A stretch of 64,000 nucleotides of DNA, taken from contig NMRA01000425.1 of assembly GCA_002633005.1 (NCBI GenBank), positions 130,728-194,727 on the forward strand, given 5' to 3'. A program made the position numbers and the translations under genes. Source of the stretch: Phoronis australis (lineage: Eukaryota; Animalia; Phoronida). Each line of letters starts with the position of its first letter. Within the stretch, counting starts at the first letter, position 1. The notes under the pieces are model-generated. The model made no database searches, was not told the origin of the DNA, and saw nothing but the letters and a program-made list of their open reading frames with translations. Below, piece after piece: positions 9,649 to 22,377 of the stretch.

Positions 9649-12600
9649 CTGAAAATAAGCGTTCTCATAGATTATCGTTCTAAAAAGCAATATCTTGAAA
9701 GTTTCATTGCTTTGCTATTTTAACTATGATTGTTAGACTGATTCGGATGATAGTAGTAATTCGTTCAGTACTTTGAGCGTCTAAATTTAGAATCCAGGCA
9801 GCATTCATCATCGGTACACTGGGGTTAAACTCTGAGGGAGTGACATCGTACCTGGCGGTTATTACGCAAAAATGAAGTGCTCATACATGGCGACTATTTC
9901 AGGGTGGTTTAGATCCTGATAATTGTTAGCACTTAGTTTCACGTACATGTAATGATCGCTTAGAACTGGGTGACCCTTGCCATTCCCAGGTGGTTACACA
10001 TAATACCATGGAGTTAGCCGACTATCATAACGTTTCGGACTGGCAGCAAAAAAATATCTAACGCTATATAATTTTACCTTGATCGTACTGTACGTAGTGA
10101 GACGCTTCAGTAGGTTTTATAGTGTAGGTTTTCATCACGTTGTCGTCCATAATGGCTGAACCTCGGAATAGACTGAAACATCCGGGACTGCACAAGACAC
10201 AGCCAAGCACGTGTTCGGCTGCCTTTTGCATCCAGTGACCGATTGCGTACTCGAACTTCTGATACCACACCATTGGTCCTGCACGATACAGAAGGAACAC
10301 GTGCCATTGTGATGCTCTTTTTGGGACCAAGAAGTAAGGAGCGTCAGTTTCAAACAGATTCGCCCATCTCTGTAGGCATTCCAAGCAGTTTAAAGGGCAA
10401 CACTAGCTTTTCAAAAGGTTTTTTAATCGAATTCGAATATTCTACGATAAAAAGTATTTTGACCTTTTTATAAAAAGGTAATTAGTTCAAATAAAAAAGT
10501 CTGCAAACAGGAAATGAGCAGGTGTCAAAAACGCAGGTCGCTCCGAATATCTTGCGTTCCCTCGCATTTCCGTTCTGATAGCGTGCCTCATGCCTTGCAC
10601 ACCAACCAAACTGAAGTTCGAGCCCCGGTGCCTAACTTGAGCAATTATGCCAGGAACAGATAATAAAACTTATACAACATAGACTCAGTCGATCTTAAGC
10701 ACAGTGTTTGGGTGGTGTGACTTGCTCAGTGTCACGAATTACGGTTAGAAGAATTGAGTTTGTTTCCATAGAAATCGGCAATGAAGGTTCAAAATACCTT
10801 TCAGAATAAGTAAAATAAAGCAAATGTTCAAAAAGCAAAAACAAGACTTATGAGTCTTCATAAACGCCTTGTGTTGGTCACAAAACGTGACCTGTGGTTA
10901 AGTCTGAAAAGATATGGCTTGTATGAGACTAATAGTACTAATAATTTGTGCTAATATAACATGAATGCGCCGATTTACACCAACACAATCATATACATGT
11001 ATACGCACTCCAAGATTTTAGTAAGACGCTTTCTAGTAATTCTGTTTGCATTGCTGTGACCAATCGGAGGTCCCGAAAGCTCAGTGGTCTAAAGCATCTA
11101 GACAATTAGCAGAAATTCCTGCGTTCGAACCCCGGTCGGGCAGAGTTCTTTTCAGGAAAAGGTACAGGTCACGTGACATGACCAACACGTGGCGTGTATG
11201 AAGACTAATAACTCTTTTTACACGATATCAACGCGTTAGTTTATAACGACATCATTACTTTCAAAAAGTTAATGAATGTTCTCTTTAAAACTTGTTTACT
11301 TGTACACGTGTATGTAATTTCACTCACATAATCTATCACTTTGATCATACACCATTAAATTCTTCGCAAGTGGGCAAAATTTGTTTTGTCTGAATTTTTG
11401 ACTAAATGATGCCCAGATGCGACAAATGAAATCTCGTATTAAGCAACAACTGTTTAAAACTCGGTCTATAAATACCTGTCATAGTCATCAAAACCTGTAC
11501 AATTTTATCCATACCTGATCCAATGGGATGGATGCGTCCACACGCTGCTCCAACCTTCTTGTTCTTCTTCATTCTGTCCACGAGTAATCTCACGGCATCT
11601 GGCGTAAAGTCAACGTCACCGTCAAGAGCCAGCAGGAACGTGTTCTCCGCCTTCAATTAAACATAAGGCTTCATAAAAAATGGATTACAACGCCCCCAGT
11701 CGACAGCGGTCTCAGGAGTTGAAATAGGTCTCTGAGAGTAATCAGGGATTCGACTTGGCTTTGCTCTTAAATATTGTGCGTTTGTAAGAAAACAGTTCTA
11801 CGGTCCTACCTGCACGTGCAACTTGTCATCGACATCATCAAAGATCTCCGATTTGGTAAAACGTTCCGCCTTCCCTCTGCGATTGAGAGCCGTGTTTGCC
11901 CATGTTTGACGTCTCCTTTTATCCGTTCTCTCCGCGTCAGGTGGCATTGGGTGACTCTGGCGGTTGCCAAACAGTTTGAAGCCAAGTAGATAATACATGT
12001 ACATAACCTAAATACAAACCAGCTACGTCATTTGCTGTTAACCAGGGCCAGGTTCTTACTCTCTGTCAAGGTGTAAACAGTACAATCAGACCGTTGTTCA
12101 TCAGGTTGCCATTTATGAACAGTGCAGTCTATGTAATACAAATTCCGATTATCCAGTAGTTATTGTTTGGACAGAAGATCAACGCAACCTGTAGAGAGAT
12201 CCAAATAAAACCCGGAACTCCATGAATTTTATGGTAGATCCTTTCAATGAATCTAGTAATGTTTCAAAAGCACCTGTAAAGATTTCAGTGTGCGTCTATG
12301 TGCGTCACGCTTATCTACGAACATCAAGCTTACGCACCGGTTTACATCTAAACCACCAATGTCTTCCCAGTGCAGCTACCTTGTACTAACTATCGTTGTG
12401 TCTTTATAATTCATTCACGCAGTCGCCGTTTTAACAGTGAGCCTTTTTTAGGTTTAAAAACAATGCGTTGGACAACTAAATATTAACGAGGCATGCAAAA
12501 AAATCACGATTTGCATTGTGATTAAGCGCGGGATGTATTGTTTTTAATACCTAAAAAGAGACCCACTTTTAAAATGGCGACTGCGTGGATAAGGTGTATA

Positions 12601-15600
12601 TGGCATCAACAAGAATAAAAAAATCAACAAGAATATTTGGCCTTATCCGCATGCACACGCAAATTTATCATCATTATGGCGTTGACTTTTTGTGAACATG
12701 TCGGGTCCAATTACTCTCTGTGTTGGTATCAAACCTTCCATAAAAATCCTCTCATTCACCCACGTATCTCTTCTCACATCATACTTACTTGAGACCATCG
12801 CTTCCGGTGCCTAATTTTTTGCTTGTCCTTCAGATGTGTCACTAGGGTTGTGCCGCCCGGTAATTTCCAAGTTAGTTGTCCACCGTACGGAGTCGGGGTC
12901 TTATCGGGAGGTGGCATTACCATTTCGATGCCATGAACAGAGCTGTAAGAGGAAAAATGGCTCTCTACATAGCTTCAAGTGACATAGCACTTGTGGAATC
13001 CAATGCTCGACTTTCGTTTGCATTTCCCTTGGTAATAACTGACAGATGATCCAAACTTTCTCGTGAGTTGCGATATTGCCTATTTTTGTCAGTTTGGGTG
13101 GTAGAGGAAGAAACAGTAATAAGTGGTTGCAGTCGTAGTGGTGCTGGTGGTGGTGGTGGTTGGTAGATGGTGCTAATGACATAGGAAGCGGTTGTTTTTT
13201 AATATGTTTGCATATCTAAATATTTGAATAGTTATATCAGATACTAGTTATATAGTTCTCTGTATATTACTTCCATCTATGTACTGTCTACCATCCAGAT
13301 ATAATACCTCGCGAGTTGTTGGTTTGTCATGATATTAATTGTATGTTCCGTGTATTCATGAATAAATATATATCACCTTAAAAACATATGACACGGTGGT
13401 TGACGTTGTTGGGGCACTGGTAGTGGTGGTGGTGGTGGTCATGTTGGTGGTGGTGGTGGTACAGGTGGTGGTGGTACTGGTGTTAGTGGTGGTGGTGATG
13501 ATGATGGTTTGTGATGGTGGTGGTAGTAGGTGTTGGGTGGTAGTAATAATAATAGTGATGGAATCAAGAGTAGTAGACGTGGTACTCGTGCTGGTAGTGG
13601 TGGTGGGTGGTGATATTAGTGATACTAGCGGTGATATTAGTGATACTAGCGGTGATATTAGTGATACTAGCGGTGATATTAGTGATACTAGCGGTGATAT
13701 TAGTGATACTAGCGGTGATATTAGTGATACTAGCGGTGATATTAGTGATACTAGCGGTGATATTAGTGATACTAGTGGTGATATTAGTGATACTAGCGGT
13801 GATATTAGTGATACTAGTTGTGATATTAGTGATACTAGTGGTGATATTAGTGATACTAATGGTGATATTAGTGATACTAGTTGTGATATTAGTGATACTA
13901 GTGGTGATATTAATGATACTAGTGGTGACAGAAGGAGTATTAAACGAATTATCCTAGCAGAGTTAGTCAAAACGGATTCATAGACCGTTATACAAAGGGT
14001 TAGCTTTGTATTCTCGAAAAATTTGCTTTTAAAAGAATTTGTGATCCAAAGTAATATCGTCAACTTTCTGGCACTCAATTTTTGAAGCTCCGTGGTTGTC
14101 ATTGTGACGTGAGTTGACTTGATGATTAATACGAGACGGAGGTACACTTGATGATTGATACGAGACGGAGGTATACTTGATGATTGATACGAGACGGAGG
14201 TACACTTGATGATTGATACGAGACGGAGGTACACTTGATGATTGATACGAGACGGAGGTACACTTGATGATTGATACGAGACGGAGGTACACTTGATGAT
14301 TGATACGAGACAGAGGTATACTTGATTATAAAACAAATGAAGCTGAGTTGTCAGTACGTACAGAGGTTGCAATGCTAGGAATTTACAACGAAACAGTCCA
14401 CTTAATATTTCAATCAATTTCATTCCATTACAAAGATTATTTTTATTATTGAATAATAGAAAATTAAAATAATTAACATTTACAACTTGATCAGGATATG
14501 TGTAATTACAAAATGAAACTGACTTGTCAGTCAATTGGAAGTCGACCGCCGATGCCTACCGAATTGAGCATAAACTGAAAATTTCATGTAAAAACAAACC
14601 CTCAGTATTAATGCCCAATGACATAAATTTGTGGGCAAGCGTTCTTTTTGTAATTTACTCGCTATTTAAGAGAAGTCTGGATTTTGTAGCCGAGTCCCCA
14701 TCGAGGGTAGAATGGGCGAATGAGCATCTAGTTGTTTGCTCTTCGTGGCTTTCATGAACATAGCTTACAAGGTCGAAAATGGTGCCGTGCCGATGATTTT
14801 AAGGAGCCTATCACGTTTCGACCAGAAATCAGTAGGTTTCCGCGACGAAAACTAGTCTTCGTATTCTGACACTAGTTATGTCGGGGTGCGTGACAGCGTC
14901 TCCATTATTACTTGTATGCCAGCTTGCAAAACAAGCATTCACCAGAGTAAGTTTCACAAAGCATGCAGCAATCAGAGAATCTGATGAAACCTAACTAGCA
15001 CTGGGTCAAAAGTAACAGTTTATTTAGGCATATGAATGTCTCACCTTGCCGCCTCGCTGATTACTTGAATGAAGGACTTAACGAACTGATTTGGAACCCA
15101 TTCTTCGTCATCAGTCAGCTCCATGCAGTCGTCGAACATAATGTGAGCTTAAATTGAAAGAAAAAGGCGACACTTTTAAATAAAGTCGGTTAAAGCGACG
15201 TGATTTAGAGCTGTTCACTTGCATGTATTTGCCTTCTAGTTGATAATAGCTGTTTCCAACACTTGTTAACATTTATACGGGCAGTTTACAAATACTCGAA
15301 TTTTTTTGAAATATTCAAGAAGAAACAGCTTATCATTTCAATTCAAAAGAAATCGTGAATTTTGTATTGGCTTGTTGTAAACTTAGGGTTCCACAATGTG
15401 CCAACCTCAACGGGATTACACACAAGCACATTCCGTAAAGCAAAAATATGCTAAGAGCAAGCTAGTGTGATACATGTCGCGTAATCTCGCCGAATTCGCA
15501 AGTCACTCGCACTACGGAAAGCACACCGGTTGCAGCTGATACGAACAATATATCATCTTGGGATTTACACAAGACAATGACGCGAAGCACTAAGTATTTT

Positions 15601-18600
15601 TGTGATGTCACTCATATAGATGCAGTTGGTAACGGTTAACCTGGCCAGAAGTTCAGGGCCCGGTCTCTAATCTTTGTACTCGAAATGAACTGGAAATTAT
15701 TTTTGGTAATTTCTCTTCTCCTTTTGAGCGAACTCAACATTAGTGGTTATCAGATTGTGCTCGAATAATTATAGTTCATGCATATGAGTTTCTAGTCCAA
15801 GTTTGCACTTAAAGCCCTTATATGGATGCTACAAACTCAAATAAAAACTCGAAATTTCGAGTTCGAACTCAAACTTTTAGCTTTAATGTTGAATTTGTCA
15901 ACTGCAAACTAGGACTAATCAATCATCCACGTAAGTCATTATGTATTCGAGCATTGAGTAATGGACACTTATCTTGAGTTAGCACAAAAGTAGATTAAAA
16001 ACGCCAAACATTATTTCGAGTTCCATTTCGAGTAAAAAGATTCGAGACTGGGCTCAGGAATCACACGATTTTCTAATCATCAAACTCAAGGTACCTACTT
16101 TCGAATTCGTAAAAGTCAGGGTCAACAAATCCGAACCCTTTCTGAGCACACTTCCTGGCGCTATGGTCTGCATCCATTCTACAAAAAGATCGTAGTTAAT
16201 AATTGTAATCTAAAATACGATTTGGTTTGAGCTAGTTTAGCACTTTTTGGCGCTTTCAAAACGCATGTGATTCGCTTCACAAGGTAATGTGTAGATCAGA
16301 CGGCCACGCTATGAATGATGTGTTTGTGACTCACAAAAAGTAGTCCTGGCAATATTTACCAGGGTCTCTCCTCCTTTGCAGAATTACTTCCCTTTCTCAC
16401 GAAGCACGCAGGGGCGGGTCCATGATTTTTTAAAAGGGGGATCACATCAAGCATTCTTTAAAAGGAGTCCAAGTCAACAATTTGAAAATTCTAGATATAA
16501 TATCAATAAAATCAAGGATCTGTTTATGGCGCGTTAGTTTCATTCCATACTAAGAATATCGCTTTCTTTTTCTATCAGTATAAGCCTAACCGTTAACAAT
16601 TTTTTCAGCCAGTTACCTGAAAATTGACTTCAACAATTGAGTCATTTCGTTGTCTGTTTCATGCCACATGGTAGCGCATGCGTAGATCTTTGGAACCATT
16701 GAATCGTCGCCATTTTTTGTGTTGTCAGTTTTTTTGCTTTCAGTGCCGCCATATTCTGTCGACATGCTGCCCTCTGATACAATGTCGTTAGCTTGGTCTG
16801 ATGTGAACCGTATGACCTTTTTGTCATTTGAGTTTCGATTCAGAGTCAATGACTGCTCAATGAGAACCCCGCAGTAGCCAACGGTGACAAATAGTCTGGA
16901 ATTAGATGGAATGTTGGCTATAGTTCTGGATTTATTATCTTGCTTTGCTGTTGGTCTGTGATTGGTTTGTTACTTAGGTTTGTTTAATCGTTACGGTCGA
17001 AATCGAAGTTTTCAAAGATACCTTACTTAATAAACTTAACGTTTCTACGTTATTTTCTATATTTGACAAGCAGAGACAAGTAGCAGAGGCACTACAGCTG
17101 TGTTGCTGCTGCCGTCGTCGCCAAAGCCGTCAACGCCGCCGTCGCGATGTTTTCCCATTAATTTTACTGATATTGTTAATACGGCTATTGATATTAATAC
17201 TGCCACTTCAGTTACCACTTTCACTACCATTTAGTCTGTGTTTATAAACGAACTTACTCTTCCGTTTTTGCCATTCTGTCTTGTTGGGGGTACCATATGT
17301 GGCTGGCTATGAACAGCTGTGAGGCCCACACCAGCACGAAGATGCCAATATGCCAGTAAAGCAAGCCGTATAAGCTGTTCTTTTCTGGGCAGTGCCATGA
17401 GAACGGAGCAGGAATGAACGCGTATCCATAGCAATGGAGGAGAATAACGAGTAATGTCACGGGGCTTGCTAGTGTCAGGGGTAAACTAAAGCTGGCCTTT
17501 TGCATGCACAGTTTACAGGCAATTCGTGCAGAGTAAAAACAAACTAATGCAGATACAACCTGTGCGAGCCCAAGATAGAGGTCGGCAAACTCATTCGGGG
17601 ATCCATCTGTGAATATTTTGGCGATCGTCACGACGTTGTGGTCTATTCGATAGGTGGGAACCATGAGATGAGCAAGGCCAATGGTGCACGCGATTTTCCA
17701 AGGCGAGACTATCAACAGTGACACAATGCGACTCTCACGGAATTCTGCCCTAAATGTTCTGACACTGAAAGGAATACATCCTAACTGCCTGTTCTTTTCA
17801 GAAAAGTTCTCCCACCAGGTGAATGAGGTGAGTAAAAGAGATATTGGTATCTTCCAAATGTCCTTGGGTAGCCGTGCTACTAAATCCCAGAACAAGTCGT
17901 TGCGAAAGAAGAACATGGAAGGTTGATTGTGTGTCACTGGAGGTGTTACACTTATAGAATCGTTATATGTGTTAGTCACAGGGATTGTCCTGTTATTCTC
18001 GTTATCGCTGTGACCAGTTCTATTTTCCGAATTGTCAGTGAACCCGACTATCGCAATCGCTGTGCCTGCAAGGAATTGAATGAGAAACGCAACAACTAGG
18101 ACAGTTTTCAGCGCAATTTGTCGGACTTGAAAAGTACGCATGTTTTGGCGTTCATGATCATTGGGGACAACGGTTTTCCGGAAAGCAATTTTACAGAATC
18201 CAGGAACAGCTGAAACCGCACTTGTCACGAACAAAGCTCGAACAATATCCAGTCTCGGTAGGATATCGAAAACCAAAAGACAAAGACCGGAAGTATGGAT
18301 CGTCTCGAAGATGAGAATCTGAAACAAATAAGTAATCTATACTGGAACAAAAGCGGTGTAATTTACCAGAGACCCCTAGAGTGCACTTTGAAAACGAGTC
18401 GTATCAAAATCCGAATACGACCCCAGAGTGAGGATCAGTGGTATAACTTTCAACAATATCCATGATTCATAACTTGCTCGTACTATTTTCACATGTGCTC
18501 ATGAAGTGTTGAATAAGTCGAGAGCGATACGGCCATGTGGTATTGTTTTTGGCACTGCTCTCCCGGGACTACTTTAACAGTGACCTCTGACATGGAAAGT

Positions 18601-20764
18601 TCAAAAGGTAGGTCAATGTCGACTCTACGTCGTTAGCCGGTTTGATCATCAAACTTTCCGAAAATAGTTTAAAGTAATGAAGCTGCAGCAGTATAAATAA
18701 CACTCAACATGCAATCAGGTCCCAAACGTAACATCTGGTACAAAACTATTAATTATACGAGACTTCTGTCTTAATTTTATTTGCTAAAAATTATATCGTG
18801 TGCAACTCAGGCACCTATTCCTCGCTAACTAATTATCGTCGTTTTCATCTTTGTTATCTCTTCTAAAATAATAAATCGTTACATTCAATACTGTTTTCTT
18901 TAACTAGAGTAAACTTGTAACCAAACACACTAGTACATAGTGATGCGCTATAGGTTGTGATCTGCCACGTGAACAGTCTAGGTGAAGTATTTTAAAAATC
19001 TGCCGAAAAATAAAATAAACTCACAGTTCAAAGCGTATGGCATATATACTTTCGGTCTCGGTCGATACGCGGAATAATGTCTCGTTGAATATTATTTCAT
19101 CGGCGCCACTCTCATTACGTTTTGTGTATTCATTGCATCGAGAATTGAGTTTTTCAGTTTAGAAAAGCTCATGGAGTTGTGCTTAGATCATGCTGATGGA
19201 AGACATTTCCAGAAATATTGTAAAATGCTTGAATTTATAATTGTTAGACTTTGTCTCAATTAGCTCAACTAGGATATCTTAACAGACAGCATTTCACGCC
19301 TCCTCGCTTCATTGTGCTAAATGCAACAAGCGTTGGGAAAAAAAGCTAGCATTAAAGCACATTCAACATCAGTATGAGCTCAAAACATAAAAGTTGAAGT
19401 TCTTGTGTCTATTTGGGAAAATTAATTAGCAAACTTTGGCATCTTTTTCTGGGAAAATCAGCTTGTATATGATGGCTTTCATACAAAATGCACATTTAAG
19501 CCAAACCACGGTAGAGAGAGTCAAATTACCAACCTTTAACAAGCAGAAGAAAGTTGGAAGAGGTTGATTTCCAAATAAGGCTTTAAGCAAGCTGAACACA
19601 AACGTGAACACGTAGGGCATGCAGACGCAGACAATGACGAGGGTCACGTGATTGTGCGACAGTCCAGTCTGTAAAATTAACACATAATCGTATAGTCTTA
19701 ACTTCAGTTGTTTATCAACGCCTCCAAGCGATCCTCTTTTTACGCCTGTCTTAACCTGGCGCAGTGTTTGTTCTTAGTTTAAGTTGCTATGAACTCGTCT
19801 TCTTCCAAGAGGAATATTTTTCATTTAGTTTACGTGCTATTATAAACCCGGTAATCAAAAAGTTCCTCGCTCCAGTTAGGAATGTTTGGTAGGTTTGGAG
19901 AGAACTGGCGGTCAGTTGGTGTTTGAAGACAACTAGCCAAACAAGGCGCATAAAATGACCCGTCGGGTCAAGCCAACTTGGTGCGGCTTGTCTCGAGCTA
20001 CAACAATGTGAGTTCTTCCCAAACTCAGAAATCACGTAGAAACACGTGATCTAAGTGAACATTGTTTTACATTTAGTCTAAGCACGTGGACGTACATTCA
20101 GTGTGAAATGCCCTAAAGAGCATTGTGCATGAACATTGTTTTGTCAGTTTTAATTTAAAAAATAGCAATGAACTCTTGTTATCTAAGCAGATTTCCAATA
20201 GAGGACTTCATTAGCCTGGCATGGCAAAAAGTGTTAGACATCACAAACATCAATAGCACAAATCGACTCCATTGTCCATGAGAAGTGCAGTATTATCTGA
20301 GCATGGTCATTTGTGTGACGACTTCAGCAGAACGAAATCAACAAAGATGTTTTATTTGGTTGAATTTTAATCTTAAAACGTTTATTTTAGATATTAATCA
20401 TTAGTTAAATGTATAAAGACGCGTACTAATACCGTTGCTCATGGAACGGAAACAAGATTCTATCCCAACAAAGATTCAGCCTCCCCGACCAGTTACTTGC
20501 CGGAGAACATTTGTAAGGTCCCAAATATACGCGATAAAACTGGAAAGCAACCAAGATTAGATTTTATTTGACATCGTACTCACATCTCCTGCGGTTGTGG
20601 GTGACGTCAGCAACAACAGTGCACCTTTACTGATGACGACGCTCGTAAGTACAATTACAAAGATGAGTGCGTACAAGAAGACTTTCAGGGCCTTCAAGAT
20701 GGTACTGAAATCCCCGTCACTCTCCCGATCACGTGGAATGTTTTGAAATACATCCCACATGTGC
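7712..20764 (-). CDS. CHS: Chitin synthase (GT2 family, metazoan type), whole gene span of the 11 well-supported exons
   Basis: Exons 20584-20764, 19534-19668, 17258-18318, 16617-16895, 16099-16178, 15045-15147, 12789-12942, 11810-12007, 11515-11650, 10078-10278, 7712-9648 join in phase at GT-AG sites (4465 nt). Motifs WDVF, CATMWHET, KRWSQVMYMYYLLG, LDGDVDF, QKFEYAIGHW, CSPGCFSLFR, QGEDRW, QRRRW, SWGTRE. The start exon is upstream and uncertain. Confidence 0.97.
10078..10278 (-). CDS. CHS: Chitin synthase exon
   Basis: GPMVWYQKFEYAIGHW...CSPGCFSLFRG...VQYDQG; cag|...|gtaaaa. Confidence 0.95.
10849..11210. mobile_element. TIR element (about 47-bp imperfect TIRs) carrying an internal tRNA-like cassette at 11069..11141
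   Basis: tatgagtcttcataaacgccttgtgttggtcacaaaacgtgacctgt vs acaggtcacgtgacatgaccaacacgtggcgtgtatgaagactaata; internal A-box AGCTCAGTGG and B-box GTTCGAACC. Confidence 0.7.
11515..11650 (-). CDS. CHS: Chitin synthase exon
   Basis: AENTFLLALDGDVDF...GAACGRIHPIGSG; aag|...|gtatgg. Confidence 0.95.
11810..12007 (-). CDS. CHS: Chitin synthase exon
   Basis: VMYMYYLLGFKL...KLHVQ; tag|...|gtagga. Confidence 0.93.
12405..12600. mobile_element. Palindromic MITE
   Basis: ttcacgcagtcgccgttttaa...tttttaggt vs acctaaaaa...ttaaaatggcgactgcgtgga. Confidence 0.7.
12789..12942 (-). CDS. CHS: Chitin synthase exon (not in ORF track frame)
   Basis: Hand translation SVHGIEMVMPPPDKTPTPYGGQLTWKLPGGTTLVTHLKDKQKIRHRKRWSQ; cag|...|gtaagt. 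Confidence 0.95.
13396..13608. repeat. Degenerate (GGT)n microsatellite
   Basis: Runs of ggt/gtg triplets. Confidence 0.85.
13609..13928. repeat. 21-bp minisatellite, about 15 copies (GGTGATATTAGTGATACTAGC)
   Basis: Direct tandem units read from sequence. Confidence 0.95.
14117..14329. repeat. 29-bp minisatellite, about 7 copies (ACTTGATGATTGATACGAGACGGAGGTAC)
   Basis: Direct tandem units with no spacers. Confidence 0.95.
15045..15147 (-). CDS. CHS: Chitin synthase exon
   Basis: HIMFDDCMELTDDEEWVPNQFVKSFIQVISEAA; aag|...|gtgaga. Confidence 0.93.
15657..16054. mobile_element. Harbinger-like MITE with CAG target duplication
   Basis: TIR ggcccggtctctaatctttgtactcgaaatgaac / gttccatttcgagtaaaaagattcgagactgggct, with cag on both flanks. 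Confidence 0.75.
16099..16178 (-). CDS. CHS: Chitin synthase exon
   Basis: MDADHSARKCAQKGFGFVDPDFYEFE; tag|...|gtaggt. Confidence 0.93.
16617..16895 (-). CDS. CHS: Chitin synthase exon
   Basis: LFVTVGYCGVLIEQSLTLNR...IYACATMWHETDNEMTQLLKSIFR; cag|...|gtaact. Confidence 0.95.
17258..18318 (-). CDS. CHS: Chitin synthase exon (N-terminal TM domain)
   Basis: ILIFETIHTSGL...SFTWWENF...ACKLCMQKASFSLPLTL...HIWYP; cag|...|gtaagt. Confidence 0.95.
19534..19668 (-). CDS. CHS: Chitin synthase exon
   Basis: TGLSHNHVTLVIVCVCMPYVFTFVFSLLKALFGNQPLPTFFCLLK; cag|...|gttggt. Confidence 0.88.
20584..20764 (-). CDS. CHS: Chitin synthase exon (WDVF motif, first TM)
   Basis: HMWDVFQNIP...LKVFLYALIFVIVLTSVVISKGALLLLTS; cag|...|gtgagt; begins in phase 2. 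Confidence 0.92.
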
Positions 20765-21812
20765 CTGAAAATAATCACAAATTGACAACGTTGTGGGGAG
20801 TTCATGGAGTCAAGAAATCAGTGACGAGTAAAACTCCATTTTTATTTCTTTTAAATCGTTTGTTCGTCAAATACAATATTAGGCACGATTTTTTGATAAA
20901 ATAAGATGTTTTTTATATTCTCTTGCCTGTTGACGCCCTTGATGACATGGTTGGCATGGAAATCAAGATGTTTGCTTTGGGGTAACCTGTTTCATTTCAG
21001 GTAGATAGTCCTTTAAAAAGATTGTATTAAGATCATTATTTTCCCGTGTCTCACACAGGTACTGAAATTCAAAGCATTTCATAATCGTGCTCTATCAGTT
21101 GCACTGCGACTTTCGTTTTCTGACTCTTGGTTTTACGTAAAAACCTAATCTCTCATTGTAGAATAAAACCTCCTAAAGAAATATGTCAAACTGTCAAGAC
21201 TTTATTCTGAACACATACATAAACGAATTGTGCTAAATTTTTCCCTTCCTTGTGGAATATGGGCGAACACACGACGAACACAAACAAATTGCCGATAGGT
21301 AACTACTCTACTTTTCAATGGTTTATCTCACCAAAGCAGCTCTTCAGCATTTTATTTTCAGAAACATGTTTTTATTTATTTGCTGACATATAGCCGCTGT
21401 CAATGTTGATTTTTAACCGACGAGCTTAGGAGGTTTCAAAGCTTTGCCACGCTCATTCGATCTCGAGTTGTTGCCGAATGAGCATGCAACTCGCCACAGG
21501 CAATGCGTACATGCGTCGCTGATTTTCGAATTCGCAATTTTAAATTTGGACAGTCACAATAAAGTCTGAAGCGTTTCCGGGAGTCGCTGTTGGTTTCGAT
21601 GTTCTTTTGTTGGTAATGGAAATAGAGTCCTCTCACGGTAAGGTGAAAGACCGATTTTATGAGAGTAAAAAACCTAGTTCGTTTCCTTAACTAAGGTAAA
21701 AGAGTAAAAGATCTCTCATTTTAGCCAGCTAAGCAGGGCGGAATGCAGCTTTAATTGCGAAATTTGGCACTTCAAAGCAACAAATCTGTAAGACTAGCTT
21801 GTTTCTAAACAC

Positions 21813-21997
21813 CGTTGCAGGTTTTCTTCTTGTCTGTGATTTTGTGCCAGCCCACGAAGTTCCATTGGTTTTGAAATCGCATTATTTTCAAACATCATCA
21901 TCATATCAGGTAATTCTGTACTCAACCATGGCGAGTGGTTCACGACATGCAGTGAATAGATTTTTGTCGTCCGGCGTTGCGCAAGAGACGGAGCAAG
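21813..21997 (-). CDS. Candidate 5' exon of chitin synthase
   Basis: Open frame ending ...MMMMFENNAISKPMELRGLAQNHRQEENLQ-CG|gtgttt supplies the phase-2 junction needed by the next exon. Start is either ATG at 21904 or an aag acceptor at 21998. The donor is weak. Confidence 0.45.
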
Positions 21998-22240
21998 CTT
22001 ATGTAGTCGTACGGAAATAAGTGAAAATTCCAATAATTAAAGACATGAGGTTAGATGGAAGCACGGGGTAAAGATAAGCAGAAATACATCCGTATACACT
22101 TATGTAACGTATTTAAGTGTAATTGGAAAGGTAGGCAGGTTTGTTACAAACACAAGGTGACGAGAATGAACCACAAGTTGCAAACAAAGAATGGCAGTGC
22201 ACTGTTCATATGTTCATATTTTGTAGACCCTGTGGAACAA

Positions 22241-22377
22241 CCTGCCGCAAACGAGCAAAAAAGGGGGCTAAAGCCCCCTCAGCCCCTCTGTGGTGCACCA
22301 CCTATAGACCATGTTTTGCATGGCACTGAAAAAAGTGGGGCTATAGCCCCCCAGTCCCCTATTGTGCGTTGCCCATG
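22241..22377 (+). mobile_element. CATGGGCGGCGCA-family MITE, decayed dimer
   Basis: Same two-unit layout as 51943..52090; flanks aacaa/tacaa. Confidence 0.65.

Noticed and set aside
14117-14329. 29-bp repeats, and the 40-bp array at 41902..42217, as CRISPR arrays
   Set aside because: Units are contiguous with no unique spacers, there are no cas genes, and the DNA is eukaryotic.
13356-14534. 392-aa minus ORF and 195/116-aa plus ORFs
   Set aside because: They run through three tandem repeats inside a chitin synthase intron. The flanking exons already join in phase, and openness is a repeat artefact.
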